Notes: generated from the sequence alone by a model not told the origin. DNA of 64,000 nucleotides from Octopus sinensis (GCF_006345805.1 NC_043019.1:3906001-3970000); one strand, 5' to 3'. Shown: positions 1 to 13,930, counted from the first letter of the stretch. Program-made: numbers and translations.

Positions 1-625
1 TATATATATATACATATATATGTATATATTATGTATGTATGTATGTATGTATGTATGTATGTATGCATGTATGAATGGATGGATGGATGCATGCATGTAA
101 GCATATGTATATATATATGCATATATATGTATATGGGTTATTCCATATCAAATCATCCAGTTTCAGAAAAATGTCCCTGGTCACCCCCTCAGATCCCTCT
201 GAAAAAATTCATACCAGCTCCTGCAGAATTAATATGATTCACATTTGTGTCTGACCTAAGTATGTTTTAAAATTATGACTTCTTGGTCATGTGTTCAAGG
301 TTATCGGACAAAGAAGGTTGCTCAAGGAGCTGCCTTCCAAATGTTTATGTACATACATATATAGGGATGGGAGCATGCATGTATGGATATATGTATAGAA
401 TGTTAATAAAGTATAGAAATCATGCTTTATGAAACATACACGTATTTTGGTAAATTACTGCTAGTATTACGTAATTGCTTTTAGAAACATTATATAATCT
501 CGTAAACACCTCTTCAGTATTTAGCAAAATATACAAAGAATGGTGCTAAATGCTCAACATTCCTGTTAAGCATATTATCTACATCAGTGGGATGACAAAA
601 TCTACATATCATCGTCATATCATAC

Positions 626-1033
626 CTGGTAAATCTGTCAATGATACACCATATGCTATATTCATAAAAGCTTGTTCTTCTTCATTACCAAATAACAGGG
701 AGTTTTGTAGACATGCTTGGAAAAACTGTCTTGAATCTCTAGGGTGACATAGCATCAGTATATCTGAGGCTTTTAATGTTATCTAAAAGACAAAGACAGT
801 AACATGTGTTAATATTTTGTCTGTAGGGATAATGTGGTGAGCTGGCAGAACCATTAGCACACTAAACAGAATGCTTGGTGGCATTTTGTCTGTCTTCGTG
901 TTCTGAGTTCAAATCAATTTTCCTCTTCCCAGAAATTGCTGGCCTTGTAGCAAAATTTGAAATCAACGTTTTTATGAAAAATATTAATGATTTCAAATCT
1001 TTACTGCTGCAGGGAAATAATAATAATAATAAT

Positions 1034-1066
<33 letters not shown>

Positions 1067-4000
1067 AATAATATTAATAATAATAATATAAAAAAAAAAA
1101 TAATAATAATAATAAAAAAATAATAATAATAATAATAATAATTCTTTCTTCTACTTTCCCTTCTTTGTCAGTGTTGATAACTTTAAGTTTCACATCAGAT
1201 CGTTTGCAAGCCCTTGAGAATGCAGCATATACCTGACCTATTTCTTTTACTACCCACAAGGGGCTAAACACAGAGGGGACAAACAAGGACACACAAACGG
1301 ATTAAGTCGATTACATTGACCCCAGTGCGTAACTGGTACTTGATTTATCGACCCCGAAAGAATGAAAAGCAAAGTCGACCTCGGCGGAATTTGAACTCAC
1401 AACGTAGCGGCAGATGAAATACGTATTTCCTTACTACCCACAAGGGGCTAAACACAGAGGGGACAAACAAGCTCAGACAAACGAATTAAGTCGATTACAT
1501 CGACCTCAGTGCATAACTGGTACTTGACTTATCGACCCTGAAAGGACGAAAGGCAAAGTCGACCTCAGCGGAATTTGAACTCAGAACGTAACGGCAGACG
1601 AAATATGGCTAAGCATTTCGTCCGACGTGCTGACGTTTCTGCCAGCTCGCCACCTCATACCTGACAGCATATACCTGGCCATGGCTGAATACAGGTTCAG
1701 GTAAGAATAGCCCCATTTTATTAAAAGTCTTCTGTTGTGATTTACTGATAGTCACTGCATATGACAGGCGAACGGGGAACTGGTAAATGGCAAGTTTTGG
1801 ATGTGCATGCAAACTCTTATATGGACCTCCATGGGCCATATGGCCCTCAATTGAGAACCAATGGTAAAGATGTGGGAAGATGTAACTCAGGTTAAACGAA
1901 AATGCGACATATGAAAGACTGACTTACAACACAAGATACAAGACACCTTGTTAAGGACAAAATATCTTACCTCATAATAAACTCCATATGTCCTACCATC
2001 TGAGGGTACATCAATCCCTTTCTTCATCAGAAATGAAATATTTTCCCAGTTGTTGTTCATTATTCCGAGCGCTTCATATATGAGGCCTTTATCATAAATA
2101 TCTTGAGCCTTCATCAGACTTTTCCCAATAATGTTTGTATATTTGAGCTTTACCAAATCATTGCTGTGTACATTGACAATCTGTTGTTTAGTAATTGCAC
2201 GTATTAATTCTTGTACTTGGAAATTCTGTAATTCTAAATCTGAACTGATCAAACCTTGTTCAACAAGCGGCATCAGAACATGCATCTTGGAAGCTGGTTG
2301 ACTAGAAGAACCAGTCATTTCAACAGCTTCCTCAATACCAAATCTTCCAGGAAAATATGAAAGCACTTTGAGAGCTTCTTGCTATTCGAGAGAGAGTTGA
2401 GAAAAGTACTTGTCCATTTCTTGTTTGATCTTACGTCTGTTAATTGTACATTCGTCCAGCCAGTCATTGAGCTTGGTTTCATCACAAATCATTTTGTAGA
2501 TATCATCAAAAGATAAATGATGATGAAACTGGGAGAATATTTCTGCAAAGTAAATAAGAAGTCCTGGCAGGCTACAGGCATATCTGATGATGTTGTGTAT
2601 TTGTTCTTTGTTCTCATCATCCGTCTCAATGTCTGAACAGCGACCGAAAAGAAGCTGGGCATCTTTAATGTCTGAACAGCGACCGAAAAGAAGCTGGGCA
2701 TCTTTAATGGACAATGGACTCACTTTACACTTTCCAAACCTGATTCCATCAAACTGAAATTGTTCTCCACCACTTAATATGAGAATGATTTTTAGTTTTC
2801 TGTGCAGTGGAAAGCCATTGTCACAAAGCTCCTGGAAACCTGGAAGGAAGCTTTCTTGAATGTTCTGGAAATCATCAAAAATACAAATTTTCCATTTCGT
2901 GTTGGTGATACTGGAACAATGGTGAATGTATTGTCACTGTTGGAAATATCAGACCAACTGCTATTATTAGAAATGGATGTGTTTTATGTGGAGTCTTTCG
3001 GGGTTGATTTCATCCTTCAATTCTTGACAGACCTGACATATTAGAAACATAACATTAGAACAAGTTCAAAGATTTCCATAGATTCACTTATCAATTTATT
3101 GGTCTATCACTTTGTCTCTTTCTCTGTCTGACTTTATAATTCTCTCTCAATAACTGTCTCTTTGTCTGTTCTTTTATCTATGCATTAGTTCAGGGTATCC
3201 TTTATATTCCTTTATATTCATCTTACAGTTTGCCTAAGTATCTTTCTGGATAACAGTTTGTCACTTTGCCATTCTATCTCTTTAATTATCTTTAATTATC
3301 CAATGCTTTTTTACATGGCACCTTGCTTTTAAGATATCAATTCTTTGTGGTGGTGGTGGTGGTGGTGGTGGTGGTGGTGGTGGTGGTGGTGGTGATGGTG
3401 TCTTTAGGAGCAGGTGAGGCTGTGTGGTAAGTAGCTTGCTTCCCAGTAACAGTAGATGAAAGCAGGTCAATAAAAAGAGACTAATAGAATAAGTTTAAGA
3501 AAAAAAAGTACTAAGCCATACTTCCAGAATTTTTAAAGAAATTTGGGGATTTCAGCATGAAGTTCCCATGGGATACCTTCTGTTTTTTTACCTGAAGTTA
3601 TTTGTTAATATATATATATATATATATTTCTTTACTACCCACAAGGGGCTAAACACAGAGAAGACAAACAAGGACAGAGAATGGGATCAAGTTGCTTCAT
3701 CTCTTTTAATTTCCATCTCTTATTTCTCCTACCTCTCTCATTCTCTGTCTATCAATTAACTAGTCTCTACATATATTCTTCTACCCATCAATAACTTCAT
3801 TTATCTCTCTGGCTATTTAACTCATCGTCATCTTCATCATTTAACGCCCACTTGTCCCACATTAAAAGCACCTACTACATTCTGTGGATATGATAATATA
3901 TCTATAGGCACAGATAGAATGCCTTTCATTGAGTCTCAATCAGGGCAAGCCTGCAGCCAAACAAGAACATGCACTGTCAAGCCAATCTACTAGAAAAAGC

Positions 4001-4492
4001 AGTCAAATCTCTCTCAAACTGCACCTCTTTTTTATAACATAGAACAGGATACATTCAAGAATGTAGTCTTTCACACCTTTAAATAGACAGGATGGTTACA
4101 AGAGAAATACCTTTGATCATAGGTCAACCACCAACTCACCAAACGGTACAAAGACTTCAGTGACTGCCATTGTATGGGATTGAACCAGAAATGCTTTTCT
4201 CTTTAGTCAGTAACTTAACTGTAAAACCTCAATGATCCCTAATAACCTACAGAAACGCAAAATGCAATAAGGTTAACGTAAAAAAATGAGAAAACAATAG
4301 TAAATTTCTTACAGTTTTCACAAGACTTGTTTTGCCAACATAAGGGAGTCCATAAATTTGTATTATTTGAGTATCTTCATCCTTGATCAAGATCTTCAGT
4401 TTTTCCCTGTCATCATGTCGTCCAACAAAGTGTCTGCCAGAATTGCCTTGCTGTCTCATGTAATTGGGGGGTAATCGATATGGTGTTGCCAT
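626..4492 (-). pseudogene. Copy A: paralog of the STAND-TPR gene, exons 1-3 (4313-4492, 1971-3032, 626-782); continues off the window
   Basis: Same exons and splice sites plus alignable introns. Exon 2 has 1-, 2- and 1-nt deletions (~2920-2995), a 39-bp in-frame duplication and a CAG->TAG stop at 2382-2384. Confidence 0.8.
1239..1655 (-). mobile_element. tRNA-like SINE family 1, dimeric copy (family also at 5973-6205, 9650-9874, 19348-19800, 28178-28300, 29749-30150, 63290-63703; older copies 30235-30905, 34900-35577, 46340-46550)
   Basis: Head ggcgagctggcagaa...gagttcaaattcc (box-B-like), body cctttcatcctttcggggtcgataaa, tail gggtagtaaagaaata. Confidence 0.85.
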
Positions 4493-4658
4493 ACTGAAAT
4501 ATGAAAAATTTACATTATAAATACAAACACAAGCATATATATGTGTGTGTGTGTACATATATATAAATAGGGGAAGAATTCACAAAAAAAAAAGATGAAG
4601 ACAGGTGGTGTAGACAACAAACAGACATATTAGTATAATGCTCAGGAAATGAAAAAGT

Positions 4659-4694
4659 CTTTAACGTTTCGAGCCGACGCTCTTCTACAGAAAG
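4659..4694 (-). ncRNA. Hammerhead-like motif (A6U family) in a Penelope terminal fragment 4570-4745
   Basis: CTTT-CTGTAGA-A-GAGC GTCG GCTC-GAAA-CG-TT-AAAG on minus strand. Confidence 0.5.
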
Positions 4695-5317
4695 GAACAC
4701 AGAAAGAGACACGGTGAGAAAATAAAGAATGTGTAGTGGCTAGCACCAGGCCCAGTCTGATCTGGCAGTGTTTCTACAGCTGGATGCCCTTCCTAACGCC
4801 AACCACTCTGTGAGTGTAGTCGGTGCTTTTTACGTGCCACTGGCACAGGTGCCAGACGAGGCTGGCAACGGCCAGGATCGGTTGGTGCTTTTTACGTGCC
4901 ACCGGTACGGAGGCCATTCGAGGCAGCGCTGGCAACAGCTACGTTTGGATGGTTCTTTTACGTGCCGCTGGCACTGGTATCACAACTACAATTTCCATTG
5001 ATTTTTGATCGATTTCGATTTCACTTGCCTCAACATGGTCTTCGCAAAGCAGAGTTTTGTGTCCCAAGAAGGAAGGTATGCATAAGTGGACTGGCTACAT
5101 CCCAGGCAGAGGCCACGGGTTATGGTCTCACTTGTCCTGCCGGGTCTTCTCACACACAGCATACTTTCAAAGGTCTCGTGAAACTCAGAGTAATAGGTTT
5201 TGTTGAATTTTCCGCTGCTTTCAATAAAGCATATTACTCTACCACTGGTATTTGAGTACTCTTTTTCCACCTTGTTTCACATTTATGTGTTACTCCGGTA
5301 TATATAAGTATATATAA

Positions 5318-5390
<73 letters not shown>

Positions 5391-5401
5391 ATATACATAT
5401 G

Positions 5402-5470
<69 letters not shown>

Positions 5471-6566
5471 GTGTGTGTATGTGTGAATCACCATCATTAT
5501 CATCCTTTAAAAACTGTTTTCCATGCTGGTATGGGTTGGACGGCTTGACAGGAACTGGCAAAGCCATGGGCCACACAAGGTTCCATAGTCTGTTTGGCTT
5601 AGTCTCTACAGCCTAACGCCCTTCCTAACACCAACCATTTTACAGAGTGGCACCACCACAAGTTCACCAGCACCCACACCAATGCTTTCTAACATGGCAC
5701 CTTGGTTTTAAGATATCAATTCTTTGTGGAGGTGGTGGTGGTGGTGGTGTCTTTAGGAGCAGGTGAGGCTGTGTGGTAAGTAGCTTGCTTCCCAGTAACA
5801 GTAGATGAAAGCCAGTCAATAAAAAGAGACTAATAGAATAAGTTTAAGAAAAAAAAGTACTAAGCCATACTTCCAGAATTTTTTTGAGAAATTTCGGGAT
5901 TTCAGCATGAAGTTCCCATGGGATACCTTCTGTTTTTTTTACCTGAAGTTATTTGTTAATATATATATATATATTTTCTTTACTACCCACAAGGGGCTGA
6001 ACACAGAGGGGACAGACAAGGACAGACAAAGGGATCAAGTCGATTACATCGACCCCAGTGCGTAACTGGTACTTAATTTATCGACCCCCGAAAGGATAAA
6101 AGGCAAAGTCGACCTCGGCAGAATTTGAACTCGGAACATAGTGACAGACAGAATACGGCTATGCATTTCACCCGGCGTGCTAACGATTCTGCTAGCTCGC
6201 CGCCTTTTATTTGTTATTCATTAATAATATATAATCAACAACTTTACTAATATAGTGAAGAGGATTTGAAAATGCAGGGGTCTTTTAAAGATGTTTATTA
6301 ACTTAACCAGTTTCACTTATTAAAAAAAAAAAGATTTTCAAAAGTAAAATGCAAGACTTTGTGTAGCTTTTGTGGGGCTAAAAATTAATTAACAAAGATG
6401 GATTAAAATACAGTGAGATAGTCTTTGACAACGATGAGAAGATGTAAAGAAACAGAATCTTTGACAATGATAAAGAGAGGCTTTGTGTTTAAACAGTTTA
6501 CATAAAAGTGTTCAAAATAGACAGTAATTATTTGGATTGTGGAAAGATATATAATGCTTATAACTG

Positions 6567-7642
6567 TTTCTTTACTACCCACAAGGGGCTAAACACAGAG
6601 GGGACAAACAAGGACAGACAGACTGATTAAGACGATTATATCGACCCCAGTGCGTAATTGGTACTTAATTTATCGACCCCGAAAGGATGAAAGGCAAAGT
6701 CGACCTCGACGGAATTTGAACTCAAACGAAATGCCTATTTCTTTACTACCCACAAGGGGCTAAACACAGAGGGGACAAACAAGGACAGACAAACGGATTA
6801 AGATGATTACATCGACCTCAGTGCGTAATTGGTACTTAATTTATCGACCCTGAAAGGATGAAAGGCAAAGTCGACCTCGACGGAATTTGAACTCAAACGA
6901 AATGCCTATTTCTTTACTACCCACAAGGGGCTAAACACAGAGGGGACAAACAAGGACAGACAAACGGATTAAGATGATTACATCGACCCCAGTGCGTAAT
7001 TGGTACTTAATTTATCGACCCCGAAAGGATGAAAGGCAAAGTCGACCTCGACGGAATTTGAACTCAAACGAAATGCCTATTTCTTTACTACCCACAAGGG
7101 GCTAAACACAGAGGGGACAAACAAGGACAGACAAACGGATTAAGTCGATTGCATCGACCCCAGTGCGTAATTGGTACTTAATTTATCGACCCTGAAAGGA
7201 TGAAAGGCAAAGTCGACCTCGACGGAATTTGCACTCAAACGAAATGCCTATTTCTTTACTACCCACAAGGGGCTAAACACAGAGGGAACAAACAAGGACA
7301 GACAAACGGATTAAGATGATTACATCGACCCCAGTGCGTAATTGGTACTTAATTTATCGACCCTGAAAGGATGAAAGGCAAAGTCGACCTCGACGGAATT
7401 TGAACTCAAACGAAATGCCTATTTCTTTACTACCGACAAGGGGCTAAACACAGAGGGGACAAACAAGGACAGACAAACGGATTAAGATGATTACATCGAC
7501 CCCAGTGCGTAATTGGTACTTAATTTATCGACCCTGAAAAGATGAAAGGCAAAGTCGACCTTGACGGAATTTGAACTCAGAACGTAACGGCAGACGAAAT
7601 ACGGCTACGCATTTCGTCCGACGTGCTAACGTGCTCGCAGCC
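6567..7642 (-). repeat. Tandem array of six 171-bp SINE-derived units ending in one complete SINE head
   Basis: Unit starts at 6567, 6738, 6909, 7080, 7251, 7422. Confidence 0.93.
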
Positions 7643-9250
7643 TTAATAACGCTTATAACATTCAAGCAACACAATCTTTGACCTAGTAACTCGGTTGATA
7701 CTATGACGCTTTCTCATAGCGGATTAATATGTAACAAAGCTCAATTATTAAACAAAACAGTACGAAATCAGGCAACGTCACTTTAATGGATGGAACGAGC
7801 TAATGTACGACACATATCTCTTTACTCTCTTTTACTAGTTTCAGTCATTTGACTGTGGCCATGCTGGAGCACCACCTTTAGTCGAGCAAATTGACCCCAG
7901 GACTTATTCTTTGTAAGCCTAGTACTTATTCTATCGGTTCTCTTTTGTCGAGCCACTAAGTTACGGGGACGTAAACACACCAGCATCGGTTGTCAAGCGA
8001 TGTTAGGGGGACAGACACAGACACACAAACACATATACACACACATGTCCTTTACCTCCCCCACCTAAATCATAATTAGGCTGTCCGGTGACGGCTTAAA
8101 GAATAATAAATCTGAACTCTTCAAAAGTATGGGGCAACTATCCAATTTAGTATAAAACTGTTTTAATTTTAACTGAACATAAACACACACACACACACAT
8201 ATATATAAATATAAATATAAATATAGGCGAAAGTAAAGAATACGTACACCCGGGGTTTAGGGTTATGGTTAGGAGTTAAGGTTTAGGTTTAAGGTTTTGG
8301 TTACGCCGAAAACGGATGGTGTACGTATTCTTGACCTCCGCCGAAATTTATGGGGGAAAATCTTTTCCGAGGAAGTGGAGAGAAGACTTTCGGAAGATTC
8401 ACAAGGTCCGATTTTTTCCCTCATAACTTTGAGGAAACGTAAGTTTATATTAATAGTTTTCAAACGGAAATCCTTCTCGGAAGATCCTACCTTTCTATCC
8501 ACGATCAAAATACTGAGTGTTTATGGGGAAGCCTGGAAAAGAATGAGACCCAGCTACTTGGAACAATTCGTCGCTCGTTTATTTTTCACACGGGCCAAAC
8601 ACCGCCAACCCAGCGACTTCTTAAGTTTATTTTAGAGGCTGCAAGACTACAACCCATGTTCCTGATATCACAGAAGGATGTATAACGGTTCCTGATGTCG
8701 TTCACCTCCTCGGGGCATTTTTTTTATACCGTAAAACATTCTTCTTACCCGCAAACTATGCTTATACTTTAAAATAAATACAGATCTTTCTACACCCATT
8801 TGGCTTATTAACTTGCTTATTGGTGCCGGAGAGAACTTGTCGTAATTAACACCAAATATTAAACGAATAAGGAAGGTATCAGACGGTCGTGAGATATGCT
8901 AAAAACAACAGCTAAATAGCCCTTAACTTTTTTCTCAGTGAAACCATATTCAACACAATATTAATGGGTGAGTGCGTAGATGACTGAACGGGACAGGTTA
9001 CTAACGGCTTAAATATGTGATTGTAAGTCCACACGACACAACTCCACGTAATTATAAAGTTAAAGAAACTTACTTTTTAAATAAATAAATCCTCGAAGAA
9101 AACCTGACCAGTATTCTTTGTTCGTTTGGTGTTTTGTGAGAAGGCGAACCAGCTTTGAAATAGTTTCGTTTTGAGTTTGGTTTTTTTTTTTCAAAGAACA
9201 GAAACAGTTTGACTGTTTGTAACTCTTTTCTCAGTTTCCTTTGACCACTT

Positions 9251-9301
<51 letters not shown>

Positions 9302-9649
9302 GGGGAGAAGTGTGCGTGTGTGGGCTTGATAGGAAAAAAAACCTCAATTATAAACACAACAGCGGAATGTATGTGAGATCGTAATTTGAAAGTGGAACAG
9401 TTATATGGCGAGGAGGTGGTTAACAACATGGTAACTATTATGCTCTTTACTCTTTTGCTCTTTTACTTGTTTCAGTCATATGGCTGCGACCAAGCTGGAG
9501 CACCGCCTTTTAGTCGAGCAAACCGACCCCCAGTACTTATTCTTTGTAAGCCTAGTACTTATTCTATCGGCCTTCTTTTGCCGAACCGCTTAGTTACGGG
9601 GACGTAAACACATCAGCATCGGTTGTCAAGCGATGTTGGTGGGGTGGGG

Positions 9650-9874
9650 GGTGCTGGCAGAAACGTTAGCACACCGGGCGAAATGCTTTGCGGTATTTCG
9701 TCTGCGTTACGTTGTGAGTTCGAATTCCGCCGAGGTCGACTTTGCCTTTCATCCTTTCGGGGTCGATAAATTAAGTACCAGTTACGCACTGGGGTCGATG
9801 TAATCGATTTAATACCTATGTCTGTCCTTGTTTGTCCCCTCTGTGTTTAGCCCCTTGTGGGTAGTAAAGAAATA
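9650..9874 (+). mobile_element. SINE family 1, monomer
   Basis: Full head-to-tail match to the family. Confidence 0.85.
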
Positions 9875-9936
9875 GATGTTGGGGGGGGGGGCAAACACAG
9901 ACACACAAAACACACACGCGCATACATATATATATA

Positions 9937-9992
<56 letters not shown>

Positions 9993-12039
9993 ATATAGGG
10001 TGAAACTAATTAATTTGGAATAATCATTAATTTCACCAAGTAGATTTCGGCATGTAAAAGCCCCATTCAAGGAAGGTTTAAGTAATACTAAGTAATTAAA
10101 GGTTTAGCGACGATTTGCCTCACCACACACCGAATTTAGAAATAGCAGTCAAAGAGTTTTGGCTATTCTTTCTACTTAATTACTTAGTATTACATATATA
10201 TATATACATATATACGACGAGCTTCTTTCAGTTTCCGTTTATCAAATCCACTCACAAGGCTTTGGTCGGCTCGAGGCTATAGTAGAAGACACTTACCTAA
10301 GGTGCCACGCAGTGGGACTGAACCCGGAACCATGTGGATCGTAAGCAAGCAACTTACCACACACCCACTCCTACGCCTATATTTACTTTTCATATCCGTT
10401 TATTCATGAAATGAGACACCTGTCGGTATTATTTGATCCTTTCACCCGTTTGATTTTCACTAAGAAAAAAAAAAAAACTTCATATTTTTTGCATGGAATC
10501 AAGTACTCTGACCTCCTAATATGCTGTAACCCCCTTTTTTTTTGTTCGGAAAAAAAGCGGGTGGGAAACCGAACCCCTCCAATCCCGAAATCATTGGAAT
10601 TTTTTTTTTCTTTGAAAGAATTCCAGTGGCCCCCTAATATGCCACAAAACCCAACCAACTGGGGATCCGGAAAACGGGGGTGGGATGGAAGGCTCGGAAA
10701 TTTCACCCCCACCGCCATTGGGAAGTATACCCGCGCGATTTTCAATAATAAAAAATAAAACTAAGGTTTTTTGGGTGGAATCAAGTACCCTGACTTCTCA
10801 TATGCTACAAACCCCTTATTTTCGTTCGGGAAAAAAATGGGGTGGGAAACCGGACCCCCTCCCTTATCCCGGAATTATTGGAAAATTTTTTTTTTTTCAT
10901 TGAATGAATTCCGGTGACCTAATATGCCATAAAACCCCTTTCTTGGTCCGGAAAAAGGGTGGGGTTGGGGTACAACCCTCGGAAATTCACCCCACCCCCA
11001 TCATTCTCAAATATTTTTTTGCTGTTTCTTTCTTTACTCATATTTTTAGGGCATCCAAAGTAGCATACAAGCGATCACCATTTTTAGATAAGATTTTGCA
11101 GAAATGTCTTTTCGAGAGTGTGCATTACATCAGATTGAAAATTCAAAGAAGGGCGATCTTTCGGTATGAGAACCGTGTTTATGAACTTCTTAAAACACGT
11201 GTATTTGTTTATGTTTCTGATGAACAAAGTATGTTTCAAACGGCGTTCTTTTCTGTATCTGTCTTCCTCACTCACTCACTCACGCTATTTCCTCCCTTGC
11301 CGTCTAATTTATTTTTTTACATATGTGGTGTGAGGGGAAAGGGGATCTTTTGAAGTAAGCGTGAAAGCGAAAGAGACTGAGAGAGCACGATTCGATCAGG
11401 GAATTTCTTTCGAAGTTGGCGTGCCGTGTGTGTGTATGTGTGTGTGTGTGTGTGCGTGTTTAATGGGGTGTGCAAGACAGAAAGTGTGGTGTGTTCTTTT
11501 GTTAGTGTAGTGCTGGTGTGTGTGTATGTGTGTGTGTGTGTGAGAGAGAGAAAACTGAAATTTTTTTAAAACACTTTTTGTAGTGAGTGAATGTGTGAGT
11601 GATTGAAAGGGAAGAGAGAGAGAGAGAGAGAGGTTATGTATGGATGAGTGGCTGCAGTAACACACACACACACACACACACACACGATTACACAAAACTT
11701 ACGTACACCTATCGCATGCATGTTTTTTGGACGCATACTTGTTATATTTACTTTTTTAATGAGTGAACGTGTGAGTGATTGACAGAGTAAAAGAGCAGTT
11801 GTTTTGTATGTATGTATGTATGTATGCATGTATATATCTTTATATATAAAAGTGAAGTTGTGTGTCTGTCTCCTACGATTTAGATTCCTAACTACTCCCA
11901 CATTTTGCGGTGCAGGTTAACCAAAACCGGGTATCTTATAGTCGTGATTCATATCGAGCCCTTCTGGGTATTAGTGCACGTCTATCTTAAAGGTGTCGTT
12001 GCTAGGGCCAAAAACCCACTTTCACAAGTCCACTCCCAT

Positions 12040-12345
12040 TCTTTTCTGTATCTGTCTTCCTCACTCACTCACGCTATTTCCTCCCTTCCCGTCTAACTCC
12101 CCTACACATTCTCTTTATAACTTCGTCAAACGGCGTTCTTTTCTGTATCTGTCTTCCTCACTCACGCTATTCCCTGCCTTCCCCTCTAACTCCCCTTCAC
12201 TTTCTCTTTATAACTTCGTCAAACGGCGTTCTTTTATGTATCTGTTTTCCTCACTCACTCACGCTATTTCCTCCCTTCTCGTCTAACTCCCCTTCACTTT
12301 CTCTTTATAACTTCGTCAAACGGCGTTCTTTTATGTATCTGTCTG
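12040..12345. repeat. ~95-bp tandem repeat (3+ units) in a dispersed family also at 11235-11305 and 62270-62670 (minus)
   Basis: Units start near 12042, 12139, 12232, 12329. Confidence 0.8.
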
Positions 12346-12436
12346 CATTCATAGAGACAATTATCATCGCCACCACCACCACCACGACACAATCATGAGA
12401 ACAAATATTATGAATCAGATATTTATTGCGTTCATT

Positions 12437-12469
<33 letters not shown>

Positions 12470-12777
12470 TCTATATATAAATATGTATCTATAATGTATA
12501 TATACAAAGTGTATATATCTGTATTTATGTATATTAAACTTTTTAATACTTTTTAATAGTTATATATATTTTTAAACAAATTATAAATATAATTCAATGA
12601 TTTTTATTTTAAATTTAAATAATTTAAATTTTTCAATTTTATATATTTTCTATATTATATTTTTATTTTTATGTTTTTGTTTTTGCTGTTCATTTGCCTA
12701 TTAGTGGTTTAATCTCTAATTTAATTTATACATATATATATATAATTGTATACATTTGTATATATAATGCGTGCACA

Positions 12778-12826
<49 letters not shown>

Positions 12827-13344
12827 ATGTGTGCATTATGTGGTCGGTCGGTTGAGCTGAAAATATGCACACCTATGTTAAAAGTGCTGGCAAGTTTGCA
12901 TGACAACTAATTTTTTCCTCAAATGAAAGGCGTGACCTCTAGGACAAAATTCCTCATCTTATAAAATGTAGCCCCAGTAGACCCGTATGAAATCGGGTTA
13001 AATTAACCAAAATGAGAAAAGGGGTCTAAATGGGGCTGGAAGGGGATTAAAATTTAGGGGAGCGGGCGTTAAAGAATTCTCTGTTACATCAAGCTAAAAA
13101 ATTTGTGCCAGCCTTTAATCGTCAATGTGTTGCCGTCCATGATAAAGAAGTTTTGAATGCTTGCCATGGTGAGTCTACGGTCGTGAGAAAGAATCACTTC
13201 AAAACTTGGTGTTTACGAATTTTCTTTTACATCAAGTTCAAAATTTTACGCCAGCCGTTAAAACTGTCAATACGTTGCTGTCCGTCGTTAAGAAATGCCA
13301 GCCATGGAGAAAGGAGAGAGAAACAAAGAGGGAGAATCATCATC

Positions 13345-13590
13345 ATCATCATCATCGTTTAACGTCCGTTTTCCGTGCTAGCACGGGTTGGACAGTTTGA
13401 CCGGGGTCTGGGAAGCCAGGAGGCTGCACCAGGCTCCAGTCTGATCTGGCAGTGTTTCTACAGGTGGATGCCCTTCCTAACGCAAACCACTCTGTGGGTG
13501 TAGTGGATGCTTTTTACGTGCCACCGGCACAGAAGCCAGTCAAGGCGGCGCTGCAATCGGCCACGTTCGGATGGTGCATTTTACGTGCTG
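13345..13590 (-). mobile_element. Dispersed (CAT)n-tailed repeat family (also 4750-5160, 29200-29480, 53225-53480, 57990-58160)
   Basis: Shared tttaacgtcc...ctacagctggatgcccttcctaacgccaacc; probably a SINE/LINE tail. Confidence 0.65.
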
Positions 13591-13664
13591 AAAGGAAGCA
13601 ACAGAAAGAAACAACCACACTCTTACCCGCGCGTAGAGCGGGTCACCTTCAGCTAGTATATATA

Positions 13665-13707
<43 letters not shown>

Positions 13708-13749
13708 CATAATTAAATCTCAGAATGAGATTGAAACAGTAATCGCTCG

Positions 13750-13922
13750 ATAATGTAAAGTATAGAAGCCATCTTATCATGGCTAACCACATTGGGGAGG
13801 GGGTGTTACTGTAGCTTTATAGCCAGCTAGAGACGACGATCTCTTGGGGCTATAAAGCTACAGTAACACCCCCTCCCCAATGTGGTTAGCCATGATAAGA
13901 TGGCTTCTATACTTTACATTAT
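13750..13922. repeat. Perfect inverted repeat (75-bp arms, 23-bp spacer)
   Basis: 13750-13824 vs 13848-13922; arms resemble the internal segment ~15043-15105 of the Helitron-like element. Confidence 0.92.
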
Positions 13923-13930
13923 ATATATAT

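Noticed and set aside
6567-7642. CRISPR-like array
   Set aside because: Units are contiguous with no unique spacers, there are no cas genes, and the context is a eukaryotic SINE.
10400-11060. Three ~250-bp degenerate repeats with long homopolymers, and their ORFs (similar texture at 8230-8640)
   Set aside because: They look like a poorly polished read consensus or a decayed repeat; the ORFs have no recognisable motifs.
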